55,427 nucleotides of DNA from Candidatus Pacearchaeota archaeon (GCA_017609175.1 JAFCEJ010000001.1:1-55427), one strand, 5' to 3'. Shown: positions 18,804 through 28,930, counted from the stretch's first letter. The notes: generated by a model from the letters alone, not told the origin. A program made the numbers and translations.

Positions 18804-19988
18804 ATGTTAATTGGGTTGGTTGGAAAGCCGTCGTGTGGGAAAAGTACATTTTTTAAAGCAGCGACCTTGGCAGAAGTTGAAATTGCTTCATATCCTTTTA
18901 CTACAATTAAACCTAATCATGGAGTTGGGTATGTTAAAGTTGATTGCATTGATAAAGAATTCAATGTGCAATGTCAGCCTAAACATGGTTTTTGTGTTGA
19001 TGGTTGGAGATTTGTTCCAGTTGAGTTAATGGATGTAGCAGGATTAGTTCCTGGTGCTTCAGAAGGAAAAGGACTTGGGAATCAATTTTTAGATGATTTG
19101 AGACAGGCAGATGTTTTTATTCATATTGTTGATGTGTCTGGGACAACTGATGCAGAAGGAAAACCTACGAAAGATTATGACCCTTGTAGTGATATTCAGT
19201 TTTTAGAAGATGAATTAAATAACTGGTATTATAATATTTTGAAAAAAGTTTGGAGAACATTTTCTAGAAAAGCAGAGATAGAAGATATAAATTTCTCAGA
19301 GGCGGTTGCAAAACAATTTTCTGGTTTGAAAGTTGTTGAGGATGATGTTAAAGATGTTTTGAGGAAATTAGATTTTTCTGAGAAGCCAAGTCAATGGAAA
19401 GACGAACAGATTAAAAAATTTGCATCAGAATTGAGGAAGTTAAGTAAACCAATGATAATTGCAGCAAATAAAGTTGATACTGAAAAAGGAAAAGAAAATT
19501 ATCAGAAGCTTAAAACCAAATTTCCAAATTTAATTGTTATGCCATGTTCTGCAGATTCTGAACTTGCTTTGAGAGAAGCTGCTAAGGCTAATTTAATCAA
19601 ATATATTCCAGGAGAAAGAAATTTTGAAATAAAAGGTGAATTGAACGAAAAACAACGAGAAGCATTAGAAAAAATAAAGAAAGATGTTCTTGATAAATTT
19701 CCTGAAGGAACTGGTGTTCAGGCTATTTTAAATTCTGCTGTTTTTGATTTGTTAAAGTATATTGCAATTTTTCCGGCTGGCGCGACAAAATTGGCAGATA
19801 GCAAAGGAAATATTTTGCCCGATTGTTTTTTGTTGCCAGAAGGAAGCACAGCTCTAGATTTTGCTTATTTTTTGCATACAGATTTTGGAAAAAATTTTAT
19901 TAAAGCTATTGACGCAAGAACGAAAAAAGCTCTTGGCAAGGATTATAAATTAAAACATCGTGATGCATTGGAGATTGTTACGAGATGA
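18804..19988 (+). CDS. ychF: YchF/Ola1-family Obg-like NTPase with TGS domain (archaeal type)
   Basis: GKPSCGKST, YPFTTI, DVAGLVPGA, NKVD, C-terminal TGS. Confidence 0.93.
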   Translation: MLIGLVGKPSCGKSTFFKAATLAEVEIASYPFTTIKPNHGVGYVKVDCIDKEFNVQCQPKHGFCVDGWRFVPVELMDVAGLVPGASEGKGLGNQFLDDLRQADVFIHIVDVSGTTDAEGKPTKDYDPCSDIQFLEDELNNWYYNILKKVWRTFSRKAEIEDINFSEAVAKQFSGLKVVEDDVKDVLRKLDFSEKPSQWKDEQIKKFASELRKLSKPMIIAANKVDTEKGKENYQKLKTKFPNLIVMPCSADSELALREAAKANLIKYIPGERNFEIKGELNEKQREALEKIKKDVLDKFPEGTGVQAILNSAVFDLLKYIAIFPAGATKLADSKGNILPDCFLLPEGSTALDFAYFLHTDFGKNFIKAIDARTKKALGKDYKLKHRDALEIVTR

Positions 19989-20194
19989 TAATAAAAATAA
20001 AGGTAAAACCAAATTCTGGTGAGCAGGATATTGAAAAGAAAGAAGATTTTTATCTTGTGAAGTTAAAGTCGGTTCCTGAAAATAATAAAGCGAATTTAGA
20101 GTTGTTGAAAATTTTAAAAAGATATTTTGGGAAAGAAGTTAAAATTAAATCTGGTTTTACTTCAAGAAATAAGATTATTGAAGTTAATGATTAA
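19985..20194 (+). CDS. DUF167 (YggU/UPF0235) protein
   Basis: VKPNS...PENNKAN.EL...SGFTSRNK. Confidence 0.9.
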   Translation: MIIKIKVKPNSGEQDIEKKEDFYLVKLKSVPENNKANLELLKILKRYFGKEVKIKSGFTSRNKIIEVND

Positions 20195-20227
20195 TGAGAA
20201 AAACAAGTTTTTAAGGAATTATTATTT

Positions 20228-20638
20228 TTATTGAGATATCTGGTTTATTTCATTTAAAACATCCTTTATACAGCCAATATAACCTTCTCTTTTTTGCATA
20301 GTATTCATAGAATTCTCCCCACTTAATAGATGTTGTTGGGTGTTTAATTTTCTTTCTAAATAATTTGTTATATCTTTTCTTTTTTCTATTTCTAATTGAT
20401 ACAAATCAGCATATTTATTTACTAATGCCAAAAGATTATTAGTTAAATATATTAATTGATCTTTGTTTAATCTTCTGATTTCTTTTTTTACTTCTAATTC
20501 ATGTTCTATGTTGCTCCTATCTTCATGACTTTTTCTATTTCTTATTATTTCTTCTAGGTTATTTCTTATTTTTTCAATTGGGGTTATATCAATTTCTTTC
20601 ACTAATTTGCCCTTTTTATATTCTTTAATCTTTGTCAT
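20228..20638 (-). CDS. Hypothetical coiled-coil protein
   Basis: 136-aa ORF. Confidence 0.65.
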   Translation of the reverse strand: MTKIKEYKKGKLVKEIDITPIEKIRNNLEEIIRNRKSHEDRSNIEHELEVKKEIRRLNKDQLIYLTNNLLALVNKYADLYQLEIEKRKDITNYLERKLNTQQHLLSGENSMNTMQKREGYIGCIKDVLNEINQISQ

Positions 20639-20687
20639 AATTATTCTGCAGGTTTAATCTTTAAATAAATTTATATTATTTGAAATA

Positions 20688-21177
20688 TTAATCAATGTGT
20701 CCTGGGCATAAAATTTTATATTTGATTTTTGAAATTTTTTTGAGGGATTCTCGCATTTTTTCATGGTCGCTTTCAGGAAAGTCTGTTCTTCCAATATACC
20801 CATGATGGAAAATTACATCACCTGAAAATAGAATATCTTTGTAAATTATGCAAATGTCTTCTTGTGTATGGCCAGGTGTTTTTATTATTTTTAATTCAGG
20901 GATTTTTAGTTTGTTTATATTTTTTGACGAATAGATTTTTGCATTCTTAAAAACCTCTAAATTTCCTATGGTCAAAATGTTTGTGTGTTAAGATTATTAT
21001 ATTTACCTTCTCTTTTTGGATTCCTATTTCTTTTAAATCTCTTATTAGAGCATTTCTATTTTGCAAAGAGCTTGTGTCAATTAAAATATTGTTTTTGTTC
21101 AATTTAATTAGATAAACACAGGAGCCAAATGATTCAAATGATAATTGCCAAACATTCTTTTTTATTCTATTTATCAT
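20688..21177 (-). pseudogene. MBL-fold metallo-hydrolase (glyoxalase II-like) split by a frameshift near 20968
   Basis: MINRIKK...LIDT...THKHFDH in one frame; IGNLEVF...TPGHT...FSGD...GRTD...PGH in another. Confidence 0.85.
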
Positions 21178-21225
21178 ATTTTTCTCTTGCAAAATTAATA
21201 TAAAGGTTTTTTGTTTTTGAAGAAT

Positions 21226-21600
21226 ATGAGATATGAGTTTGCTCCAGATATACAGAAAAAAGCGGAAGAGATTTGTAGAGTTTTGTTTCCTCATGTGAAA
21301 ATATGGCGTATGAAATGCTTTCGGAGTTTTGGAACATCTTCTCGCCGAACAATTGCAAGATGTCATACAATTGGGAAGCTTATGCAAAAGGCAATTGGAG
21401 TAAAAGCACATTATGCTTTGGAATTTTTGTCTGAGAGATTTGATAAATTGAGTGAAGAAGAAAAAACAAAAGTGATTATTCACGAATTAATGCATATTCC
21501 AAAAACTTTTGGTGGTGGGTTTAAACATCATAACTGGGTTACTGAAAAGAATGTGAACCAATTATATAAGAGGCTGAAAGAAAATGAAAATAAAGATTAA
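21226..21600 (+). CDS. Putative zinc metallopeptidase (HExxH, phage-metallopeptidase-like)
   Basis: KVIIHELMHIP...GGF..H. Confidence 0.8.
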   Translation: MRYEFAPDIQKKAEEICRVLFPHVKIWRMKCFRSFGTSSRRTIARCHTIGKLMQKAIGVKAHYALEFLSERFDKLSEEEKTKVIIHELMHIPKTFGGGFKHHNWVTEKNVNQLYKRLKENENKD

Positions 21601-21928
21601 CACCCATATTATTGATGTTAAGAAAGTTTCTGGATTTGGGAAATTTTTGGGTTTGATGTTTAAGCAAAAAAATAATGCTGATGCTCTCCTGTTTGAATTT
21701 AACAAACCAACACATTTAAAGATTCATTCTTTTTTTGTATTTTTTCCTTTTATAGCTGTTTGGCTGGATGAGGATAATAAACTTATTGAAATAAAAAAAA
21801 TTGAACCTTTTAGATTATCTATTGGACCAAACAGAAAATTTTCAAAGTTGATTGAGATTCCTATTAATAAAAAATATAAAAACTTATGTAAGTTCGTCGC
21901 TGATGCGAAACATTTAAATAGTTTTTAA
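21584..21928 (+). CDS. DUF192 family protein
   Basis: GLMF...LLFEF...IHSFFVFFPF..VWLD. Confidence 0.85.
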   Translation: MKIKINTHIIDVKKVSGFGKFLGLMFKQKNNADALLFEFNKPTHLKIHSFFVFFPFIAVWLDEDNKLIEIKKIEPFRLSIGPNRKFSKLIEIPINKKYKNLCKFVADAKHLNSF

Positions 21929-21966
21929 TGTTGATTTACTTATATTCAATAAAAAAGGAGGTAAAA

Positions 21967-22140
21967 ATGGGAAAAATAATTGCTAAGAATGTTGTTAAGA
22001 GGAAACAAGGATATCTTTACTATGTCGATGGTAAGGGAAATGTCTGCGAAGCTAAAATGGCTCGTGGTGGAAAAAAGAAGAAAAAGAAAGTAACTAAGAA
22101 AAAAACAAAAAAGAAAACAACAAAGAAAAAGAGGAGATAA
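21967..22140 (+). CDS. Small basic DNA-binding protein, CC1-like chromatin protein with Lys-rich tail
   Basis: GGAGGT SD. KRKQGYLYYVDGKGNVCEAKMARGG followed by poly-Lys/Thr; T-rich terminator downstream. Confidence 0.6.
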   Translation: MGKIIAKNVVKRKQGYLYYVDGKGNVCEAKMARGGKKKKKKVTKKKTKKKTTKKKRR

Positions 22141-22178
22141 GTTAAATTTCTTTTTTATTTTATTTTTTAATTATCTTT

Positions 22179-22586
22179 TTATCTTGCATTTAAATAGCCT
22201 TGTTTTATTAGGATTTTTCCAAGTTCTTGTATATCAAGATGTTCTATTCCAGACCAAGTGAATAATTCAAGTGCTTTTTCTAAATCTCCATCAATTTTTT
22301 TAAATCTGTCTTGGACAGAACTGGTTAATTTTATGTTTAATGAATTATCTTTTATAGTCATTTCTTTTTTCATTGATAAAATGTTTGGCATAATTATATT
22401 TATATCATAAGAAGAACCTATTCTATTTGTTTCAATTTGTATTTTGGTTAATGGTTCTGATTTAAATTTTCCATGAGCTTCGTGATATACTCTTAATGCA
22501 ACACAGAATTCTTTCATATTTTCTTTGGTTATTATTATATCGCAAAAATTTTCATCACCTTTTCTTGCTAAAATGTAATATTTCAT
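22179..22586 (-). CDS. Hypothetical protein
   Basis: 135-aa ORF. Confidence 0.65.
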   Translation of the reverse strand: MKYYILARKGDENFCDIIITKENMKEFCVALRVYHEAHGKFKSEPLTKIQIETNRIGSSYDINIIMPNILSMKKEMTIKDNSLNIKLTSSVQDRFKKIDGDLEKALELFTWSGIEHLDIQELGKILIKQGYLNAR

Positions 22587-22641
22587 TTTAGATATTTTAC
22601 TTTATCAAAAGTTATTTATAATAATTATTGTAGTTTAAGAT

Positions 22642-23631
22642 ATGGTAATTGTTTTGGGAATTGAATCAACAGCACATACTTTTGGCGTTGCGGTTGTGAG
22701 TGGTGGGAGGATTTTAAGCAATGTTAAAAGAGTTTTTACAACCGAACAAGGAGGGATGATTCCGATTGAAGTTGCGGGATTTCATGCGAATAATAAAAAT
22801 GAAATTTATTTTGAAGCACTAAACGAAGCTGAAATTGATGAAAATAAAATTGATGTAATTGCTTTTTCCCAAGGACCAGGATTAGCACCCTGTTTGATTG
22901 AGGGAATGAAATTTACAAAAGAGCTTGCCGAAAGATTGAAAATTCCGATTGTTCCTGTGAATCATTGTATTGCTCATTTAGAAATTGGCCAATTAACTGG
23001 TGCAAAAGACCCTGTAATGCTTTATTGTTCTGGGGCAAATACTCAGATAATTGCTTATGCGTCTGGTAAATATAGAATTTTTGGAGAGACTTTGGATATT
23101 GGTGTTGGGAATTTTATTGATACTTTTGCACGTTATGCAGGTATTGGTTTTCCTGGAGGACCTGCAATTCAGAAATTAGCAGAGAGTGGGAAGAGATATA
23201 TTGAACTCCCTTATAAAGTTAAGGGAATGGATATTGCACTTTCTGGGATTTTAACAAATTTGAAACAGAAGCTTGAATCGGGGAAATGTAAATTAGAGGA
23301 TTTGGCCTATTCTCTTCAGGAAACTGTTTTTGCAATGTTGGTTGAAACTGCTGAAAGGGCGTTGGCCCATACAGGCAAGAAAGAACTTTTGCTTGGAGGG
23401 GGTGTTGCGTGTAATAAAAGATTGCAAGAAATGTGTAAGATAATGTGCAGAGAAAGGAAAGCAAAATTTTTCTGTCCTGAACCGTCGCTGTTAGTGGATA
23501 ATGCTGCTATGATTGCTTATCTTGGAGAGATAATGTTCAAGAACGGAATAAAATTTAAAGGAAAACAAATCGAAAAAGTTGATATAAAACCAAAACAAAG
23601 GACTGATGAAGTTGAAGTAAAGTGGAAATAA
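22642..23631 (+). CDS. kae1: Kae1 tRNA t6A37 threonylcarbamoyltransferase
   Basis: LGIESTAHT, SQGPGL, VNHCIAHLE, GETLD, GGVACN, DNAAMIA. Confidence 0.96.
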   Translation: MVIVLGIESTAHTFGVAVVSGGRILSNVKRVFTTEQGGMIPIEVAGFHANNKNEIYFEALNEAEIDENKIDVIAFSQGPGLAPCLIEGMKFTKELAERLKIPIVPVNHCIAHLEIGQLTGAKDPVMLYCSGANTQIIAYASGKYRIFGETLDIGVGNFIDTFARYAGIGFPGGPAIQKLAESGKRYIELPYKVKGMDIALSGILTNLKQKLESGKCKLEDLAYSLQETVFAMLVETAERALAHTGKKELLLGGGVACNKRLQEMCKIMCRERKAKFFCPEPSLLVDNAAMIAYLGEIMFKNGIKFKGKQIEKVDIKPKQRTDEVEVKWK

Positions 23632-23667
23632 AATTTCAAAACTTATATGGTTGTTGTGTTAGAAACT

Positions 23668-23728
23668 TTTATAAACTCATTTTTCAAATTATCTTTATCC
23701 GATGAACGAATCTCGTGAGGATTTGTTC
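23668..23728 (+). promoter_or_regulatory. TATA box (23668-23675) and K-turn (23697-23722) in the 5' UTR of the L7Ae operon
   Basis: ATCC-GAT-GA-ACG-aatct-CGT-GA-GGAT: C-stem, 3-nt bulge, tandem G-A pairs, NC-stem. Begins 29 nt after the TATA start. Confidence 0.8.
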
Positions 23729-23741
23729 TGGGGTATATAAA

Positions 23742-24044
23742 ATGGCAGACATATATGATATAATTGAAAAAGCTCGTAAAACAGGAAAGATTGAAAAAGG
23801 TACTAACGAAGTTACTAAAGCGATTGAGCGAGAAACTGCGAAATTGGTAGTTTATGCTTCTGATGTGGAGCCAAAGGAGATTGTTCAGCATATTCCTCTT
23901 TTGTGCAAGGAGAAAAAAATTAAATGTGTAGAAGCTGATAATAAAAAGAAACTTGGGATTGCTGCCGGAATTCCTGTTGCATGTTCTTCTGTTGCTGTGA
24001 TTGAACCTGGCGATGCTGACAAAGATATTGCTTCTTTGAAGTAA
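23742..24044 (+). CDS. rpl7ae: 50S ribosomal protein L7Ae (eL8)
   Basis: [29 protein letters not shown]. Confidence 0.96.
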   Translation: MADIYDIIEKARKTGKIEKGTNEVTKAIERETAKLVVYASDVEPKEIVQHIPLLCKEKKIKCVEADNKKKLGIAAGIPVACSSVAVIEPGDADKDIASLK

Positions 24045-24045
24045 A

Positions 24046-24336
24046 ATGGCAAAGACACAAAAAGTTCAGGAAAAAAAGCAGGGGGGCTCTAAAGGAAGCG
24101 ATAAAATTTTAGGTGAAGCTGTTCCTGCACGGGTTGAGGAAATTATTGGTAGAACTGGTTTTCGTGGAGAAATTACTCAAGTTAAATGTCATGTTCTTGA
24201 AGGACGAGATAAAGGGCGTAGGATGAGAAGAAATGTTAAGGGCCCTGTTAGTATTGGTGATATTTTGATTTTAAGAGAAACTGAAATTGAAGCACGAAGA
24301 ATTAAATCAAAAGTTACAAAAGGAGCTTATACTTAA
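24046..24336 (+). CDS. rps28e: 30S ribosomal protein S28e
   Basis: [35 protein letters not shown]. Confidence 0.96.
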   Translation: MAKTQKVQEKKQGGSKGSDKILGEAVPARVEEIIGRTGFRGEITQVKCHVLEGRDKGRRMRRNVKGPVSIGDILILRETEIEARRIKSKVTKGAYT

Positions 24337-24337
24337 A

Positions 24338-24520
24338 ATGCCTAAATGTACTTATTGCGGGAAAGAGTATGATATTCATAAGGGTATGACTATTGTAATG
24401 AATGATGGGCGAATTCTTCATTTTTGTTCTGCAAAATGCCGAAAAAATAAGAGTATGAAAAGACGAAAAGTGAGATGGGTTTCTAAGAAGAAATCTAAAA
24501 AAGAAGACGAGAAGAAATAA
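24338..24520 (+). CDS. rpl24e: 50S ribosomal protein L24e
   Basis: CTYCG...G...V.NDG....FCSAKC...VRW; conserved L7Ae-S28e-L24e order. Confidence 0.95.
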   Translation: MPKCTYCGKEYDIHKGMTIVMNDGRILHFCSAKCRKNKSMKRRKVRWVSKKKSKKEDEKK

Positions 24521-24611
24521 TTAAATCTTTTGATATTTTTACATATTAATATATTGAAGAAATTTAGAAAATTTTATATACTTTCACTTTTTGTAGATAT
24601 TAATAAAAGGG

Positions 24612-25622
24612 ATGATGGTAAATCTTTTTAAAAATAAAAGTTTGTCAAGAAATGCAATAAGATATCCAATTATTTTTATTTATTTTGTTATTTTTGGTAT
24701 TCTTTTAGTTAGAGGAGCAAATCTTCCAACAGTGGGAGGGGATTCAGACGTATGGGGGACTATTTTGAATAATTATCTTTTGACAGAGCATGATGTTAAT
24801 GGAAGTCATACAAATATTACTGCTACTGGTATTAATGTAACTGGAACTTTTTTGATAAATAATGCTTCTGGTTATGAGGCAATGAGTATGGATGATGAGG
24901 GAAATCTTAATCTTAATCGTGGCATTATACTGGGGAATTTTTCTGCAAAGCCTTCTTGCACTTCAGATCGTTTAGGGATGATGGTATTTGATACTGTTAA
25001 TAATAAGCCCTATGTTTGTGCGAATTCAAATACTTGGAAACCATTAGATTCTGATTATGATTCTGATGGGCTTATTGATTGGTTTGATAGTAATGATACC
25101 TCTCCTGCTGTTCTTAATGCTACTTCTGCAGATGTTAGAAAGGGATATGTTTTTGTTAATAATAGTGGAGAAATAAATGGGACAATGGATGATTGTGCAT
25201 CAGAGGGATCACAAAATTGTTATGTGACTGGCAGTTATTTTGCAGGCACATCTCAAACAGTGAGTAATACGACAACTACACAATCTGCAGGATATTATGC
25301 TGCCTTTGATTTAGCTACTATTGATGGAAATTTAGTTAATGGAAATATTGTTTCTGGAAAGACAATTTTTGGGGTTTCTGGAAATGTAACTCCTGCAGGA
25401 CCAAGTGTATGTGACAGATTTACAAATTATAAGGTGTGTACAGGTACAAAACACGACGGTTTTGATGCAGATAGTTATGAAAAATGCCATAAATGGTGTG
25501 AGCAAAAATCAACTATTGGTTGTTGTAGATATAACAATATTGGTGGTTGGTGTTATTGGTATACTGGTACTGAGTGGGGAGATAGTAGCGATACACGAGC
25601 AGCAATATGTTCCCAATGGTAA
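24612..25622 (+). CDS. Secreted adhesin/fibre-like protein with Cys-rich C-terminal module
   Basis: Signal peptide, LPTVGGDSDVWGTILNNYL, DYDSDG Ca-binding-like motif, NIVSGKTIFGVSG repeat, many NxS/T sequons. Confidence 0.75.
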   Translation: MMVNLFKNKSLSRNAIRYPIIFIYFVIFGILLVRGANLPTVGGDSDVWGTILNNYLLTEHDVNGSHTNITATGINVTGTFLINNASGYEAMSMDDEGNLNLNRGIILGNFSAKPSCTSDRLGMMVFDTVNNKPYVCANSNTWKPLDSDYDSDGLIDWFDSNDTSPAVLNATSADVRKGYVFVNNSGEINGTMDDCASEGSQNCYVTGSYFAGTSQTVSNTTTTQSAGYYAAFDLATIDGNLVNGNIVSGKTIFGVSGNVTPAGPSVCDRFTNYKVCTGTKHDGFDADSYEKCHKWCEQKSTIGCCRYNNIGGWCYWYTGTEWGDSSDTRAAICSQW

Positions 25623-25630
25623 TAATTAAA

Positions 25631-26542
25631 ATGTTAAAATTCATTATATCTCTCTTTATTGTCTTTCTTTTTTTAATAGAGTTTTCTGTGGCGATTTCTT
25701 ATGGGGGGAATATTTATGGGAAAGGTCCTTATGGTATTGGTTATAGTGAGCCTGCAGTTTCTGGAGGGAGCGGAGGAGGCTCTTCTGGTGGGGGAGGAGG
25801 GATAATTTCTCAATTTAGTTTAGATAAAGATTTAATTCATGTTGTTGTAAAACAAAAAGAAACAGAAAGAGAAGTACTTACAATTAAGAATACTGGTAGC
25901 GATAATCTAAGTATTGAGATTAATTATTCAGAACTATCAGATTTTATGATTGTTAGTGAAGATTCTTTTACGCTAGCTCCTGGAGAATCAAAAATTGTTA
26001 ATATTGATTTTTTTGCTAGGGAAAAAGAAAAACCTGAAATTTATACTGGAAGGATTATTGTTAAAGGAGGATTTACAAAAAAAATTATAAATACAATTAT
26101 AGAAATAAAAGAAAGAGTGCCTTTGTTTGATTTGAGAGTTGATATTTTGAATAAAAAAGTAATTCCTGGAAGTGATTTAAAGTTTGATATCTTGGCTTTG
26201 AATCAGGGTGATTTAAGAGGTTTTGATATTTTATTGCATTATTCTATCAGGGATTTTAATGGCACTATATATGAGGTTAAAGAAGAATCTATAAAAATTG
26301 ATGGAGAATTAAAATTAAAGAGGGATTTGAAGGTTCCAAGTGATCTTTCTTTTGGAGAATATATTTTATATTCTAAAATAAGTTATGGTAATATAACTGC
26401 AAGCGGTATTGATATGTTTGAAGTTATGAGCAAGAAAGGTTTGATGATGTATAAGTTGTTTTTGTTAATTATCGCGCTTATAATAATTGTAATTGCTGCG
26501 ATTTTATCTTGGATTATAATTAAAACTAAGAAAGATTTTTAG
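25631..26542 (+). CDS. Surface protein with Gly/Ser linker, Ig-like domains and C-terminal TM anchor
   Basis: Signal peptide, SGGSGGGSSGGGGG, IKNTGSDNL, FTLAPGES, C-terminal hydrophobic helix. Confidence 0.8.
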   Translation: MLKFIISLFIVFLFLIEFSVAISYGGNIYGKGPYGIGYSEPAVSGGSGGGSSGGGGGIISQFSLDKDLIHVVVKQKETEREVLTIKNTGSDNLSIEINYSELSDFMIVSEDSFTLAPGESKIVNIDFFAREKEKPEIYTGRIIVKGGFTKKIINTIIEIKERVPLFDLRVDILNKKVIPGSDLKFDILALNQGDLRGFDILLHYSIRDFNGTIYEVKEESIKIDGELKLKRDLKVPSDLSFGEYILYSKISYGNITASGIDMFEVMSKKGLMMYKLFLLIIALIIIVIAAILSWIIIKTKKDF

Positions 26543-26834
26543 CGCTTTGGTTGCATAAATTGTTCATATTTCTTTCTGATTCTGGTCGTGGGTCTTTCCA
26601 GTTCTCAGGGTTTTGTACTGATGCTCCTGTGATTGGATTCATTTGTTCAAGCTCCCCATTTTTACAGACGATTTCATAATCTTGGCAATAATTACTTTCA
26701 TTACAGATTGCTTTTGTATATGTATAATAATCTTCTACTACTTTTCCTGTGATTGTTTGTTTATATATTGAAAATGATAAAATTCCAATTAAAGCAAATG
26801 AAATTATCATTAATATCTTTATTATTTTTCTCAT
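26526..26834 (-). CDS. Membrane-anchored hypothetical protein
   Basis: N-terminal TM, ITGKVV motif, four Cys. Confidence 0.7.
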   Translation of the reverse strand: MRKIIKILMIISFALIGILSFSIYKQTITGKVVEDYYTYTKAICNESNYCQDYEIVCKNGELEQMNPITGASVQNPENWKDPRPESERNMNNLCNQSAKNLS

Positions 26835-27042
26835 TTGTTTAATATTTGATATCATGTTTTTAAAAATAAAAAAAGTCTTAAAAATCTTTGGGAGGTTCAA
26901 AATTCCCGACAGATTCTCAAATTAAAATCTAAATTTATAGAGATTAGCCCCTAATTCCTTTAAATTTTATAGGCAAGGTTTTTAAACTAGATTGAATTTA
27001 TATGATTAGAAATTAAAAATTTCTACGGAATTTTATGATAAA

Positions 27043-28929
27043 ATGGCGCCGAGTAAGGACTATACTGCAGAGTCAATCAAAGTTTTAGAAGGGCTTGAGG
27101 GAGTTCGGAAAAGACCGGCGATGTATATTGGTTCTACAGGTAAGGATGGACTACACCATTTAATTTATGAAGCTGTTGATAATTCTGTTGATGAAGCACT
27201 TGCTGGTTATTGTAATGAGATTAGAATTATAATTCATAAAGCTGGTTCTGTTACAATTGAAGATAATGGACGGGGAATTCCTGTTGATATTCATCCTCAG
27301 TTGAAAATTCCTGCTGTTCAGGTTGCTTTGACAAAGTTACATGCTGGTGGGAAATTTGATAAAAAATCTTATATGATTTCTGGAGGTCTACATGGTGTTG
27401 GTATTTCATGTGTAAACGCTTTGTCTAAAAAATTAATTGTTGAGATAAAACGGGACGGAAATGTTTATCAGCAAGAATATTCTCGTGGAAAGGCTAAAAC
27501 TAAATTAAAAGTTATTGGTAAATGTTCTCCTAATATATCAGGAACAAAAATAACTTTTTTTCCAGATGAAGAAATTTTTTCGACAATAAAATTTGATGAG
27601 AAAGTTTTAGAAACTAGGTTTAGAGAGATAGCCTTTTTGAATGCAGGGTTAAAAATAATTTTAATTAATGAAAATAAGGGCAGGAAAGAGGAATTTTTTT
27701 ATTCTGGCGGATTAGTTGAATTTGTAAAATGGATAAATAAATCAAAAGAAGTTATGCATAAACCAATTTATTTTAAGAGGGAACAGAATAATGTGATTGT
27801 TGAGATTGCTATACAATATAATACGGGTTATAAGGAAAATATATTTGGTTTTGTAAATACAATTAATACTGTTGAAGGAGGGACACATGTTTCTGGTTTT
27901 AAAACAGCTTTGACAAGAGTTATTAATGATTATGCAAAGAAAAAAGGGATGCTAAAAAATGGTAGTCTTTCAGGAGATGATGTTCGAGAAGGTTTGACTG
28001 TTGTTATTAATATAAAAATCCCAAATCCCCAATTTGAAGGACAGACAAAAACAAAGTTGGGTAATTCAGAGATTAAGGGTTTTGTTGATTCTATTGTGAG
28101 TTCTGCGTTGTCAGAATTTTTTGAAGAGAATCCAGCAATTGCAAAAAAAATTGCGAGTAAAGCATTAGAATCTGCAAGAGCGAGATTAGCAGCTAAGAAA
28201 GCAAAGGACCTTGTTAGACGGAAAAATGCATTTTCATTGTCTGGTTTGCCTGGTAAATTGGCGGATTGTTCTAGAAAGAAATCTAATGATACTGAATTAT
28301 ATATCGTTGAAGGTGAATCTGCTGGAGGGTCTGCAAAACAGGCACGGAATAAAGAAATTCAGGCGATACTTCCATTAAAAGGAAAAATTTTAAATGTTGA
28401 AAAAGCTAATCCTGCCCGTGCTTTATCAAGCGAAGAGATTGGAAATTTAGTTACTGTTATTGGAACGGGGGTTGGAGAGCAGTTTAATTTGGATAAATTG
28501 AGATATAACAAAATTATAATTATGACTGATGCAGATGTTGATGGAGAACATATTAAGACGCTTCTCTTAACTTTCTTTTTTAGGTTTATGCCCCAATTAA
28601 TTGAAAATGGGAATGTTTATGTTGCTGTTCCCCCATTGTATAAAATTCGGAAAAAGAAAGATTATTATGTTTATTCAGATGCCGAATTAAAGAAAGCTGT
28701 TGAAAAAATTGGGCCTGCAAATATTACTCGTTTTAAAGGGTTGGGAGAAATGAATGTTTCACAATTATGGGAAACTACTATGAATCCCAAAACAAGAAAA
28801 TTAAAAAAAGTTTATATTGAGGACGCTGTTGAAGCGGATAGGGTTTTTTCAATGTTAATGGGTGATGATGTTCAGGCAAGGAAAGAATTTATTTCAGAAA
28901 ACGCAAAGGAGGCTGTTGTTGATATTTAA
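27043..28929 (+). CDS. gyrB: DNA gyrase subunit B
   Basis: VRKRPAMYIG, EAVDNSVDE, LHAGGKF, VEGESAGGSAK, LPLKGKILNV, MTDADVDG, RFKGLGEMN. Confidence 0.97.
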   Translation: MAPSKDYTAESIKVLEGLEGVRKRPAMYIGSTGKDGLHHLIYEAVDNSVDEALAGYCNEIRIIIHKAGSVTIEDNGRGIPVDIHPQLKIPAVQVALTKLHAGGKFDKKSYMISGGLHGVGISCVNALSKKLIVEIKRDGNVYQQEYSRGKAKTKLKVIGKCSPNISGTKITFFPDEEIFSTIKFDEKVLETRFREIAFLNAGLKIILINENKGRKEEFFYSGGLVEFVKWINKSKEVMHKPIYFKREQNNVIVEIAIQYNTGYKENIFGFVNTINTVEGGTHVSGFKTALTRVINDYAKKKGMLKNGSLSGDDVREGLTVVINIKIPNPQFEGQTKTKLGNSEIKGFVDSIVSSALSEFFEENPAIAKKIASKALESARARLAAKKAKDLVRRKNAFSLSGLPGKLADCSRKKSNDTELYIVEGESAGGSAKQARNKEIQAILPLKGKILNVEKANPARALSSEEIGNLVTVIGTGVGEQFNLDKLRYNKIIIMTDADVDGEHIKTLLLTFFFRFMPQLIENGNVYVAVPPLYKIRKKKDYYVYSDAELKKAVEKIGPANITRFKGLGEMNVSQLWETTMNPKTRKLKKVYIEDAVEADRVFSMLMGDDVQARKEFISENAKEAVVDI

Positions 28930-28930
28930 A

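Noticed and set aside
21178-21483. N-terminal 100 aa of ORF 20947-21483
   Set aside because: Antisense to the metallopeptidase; the real start is ATG 21177.
26890-26907. GGGAG-GTTCAAAA-TTCCC, T-arm-like hairpin
   Set aside because: No other tRNA arms present; a short stem could be chance.
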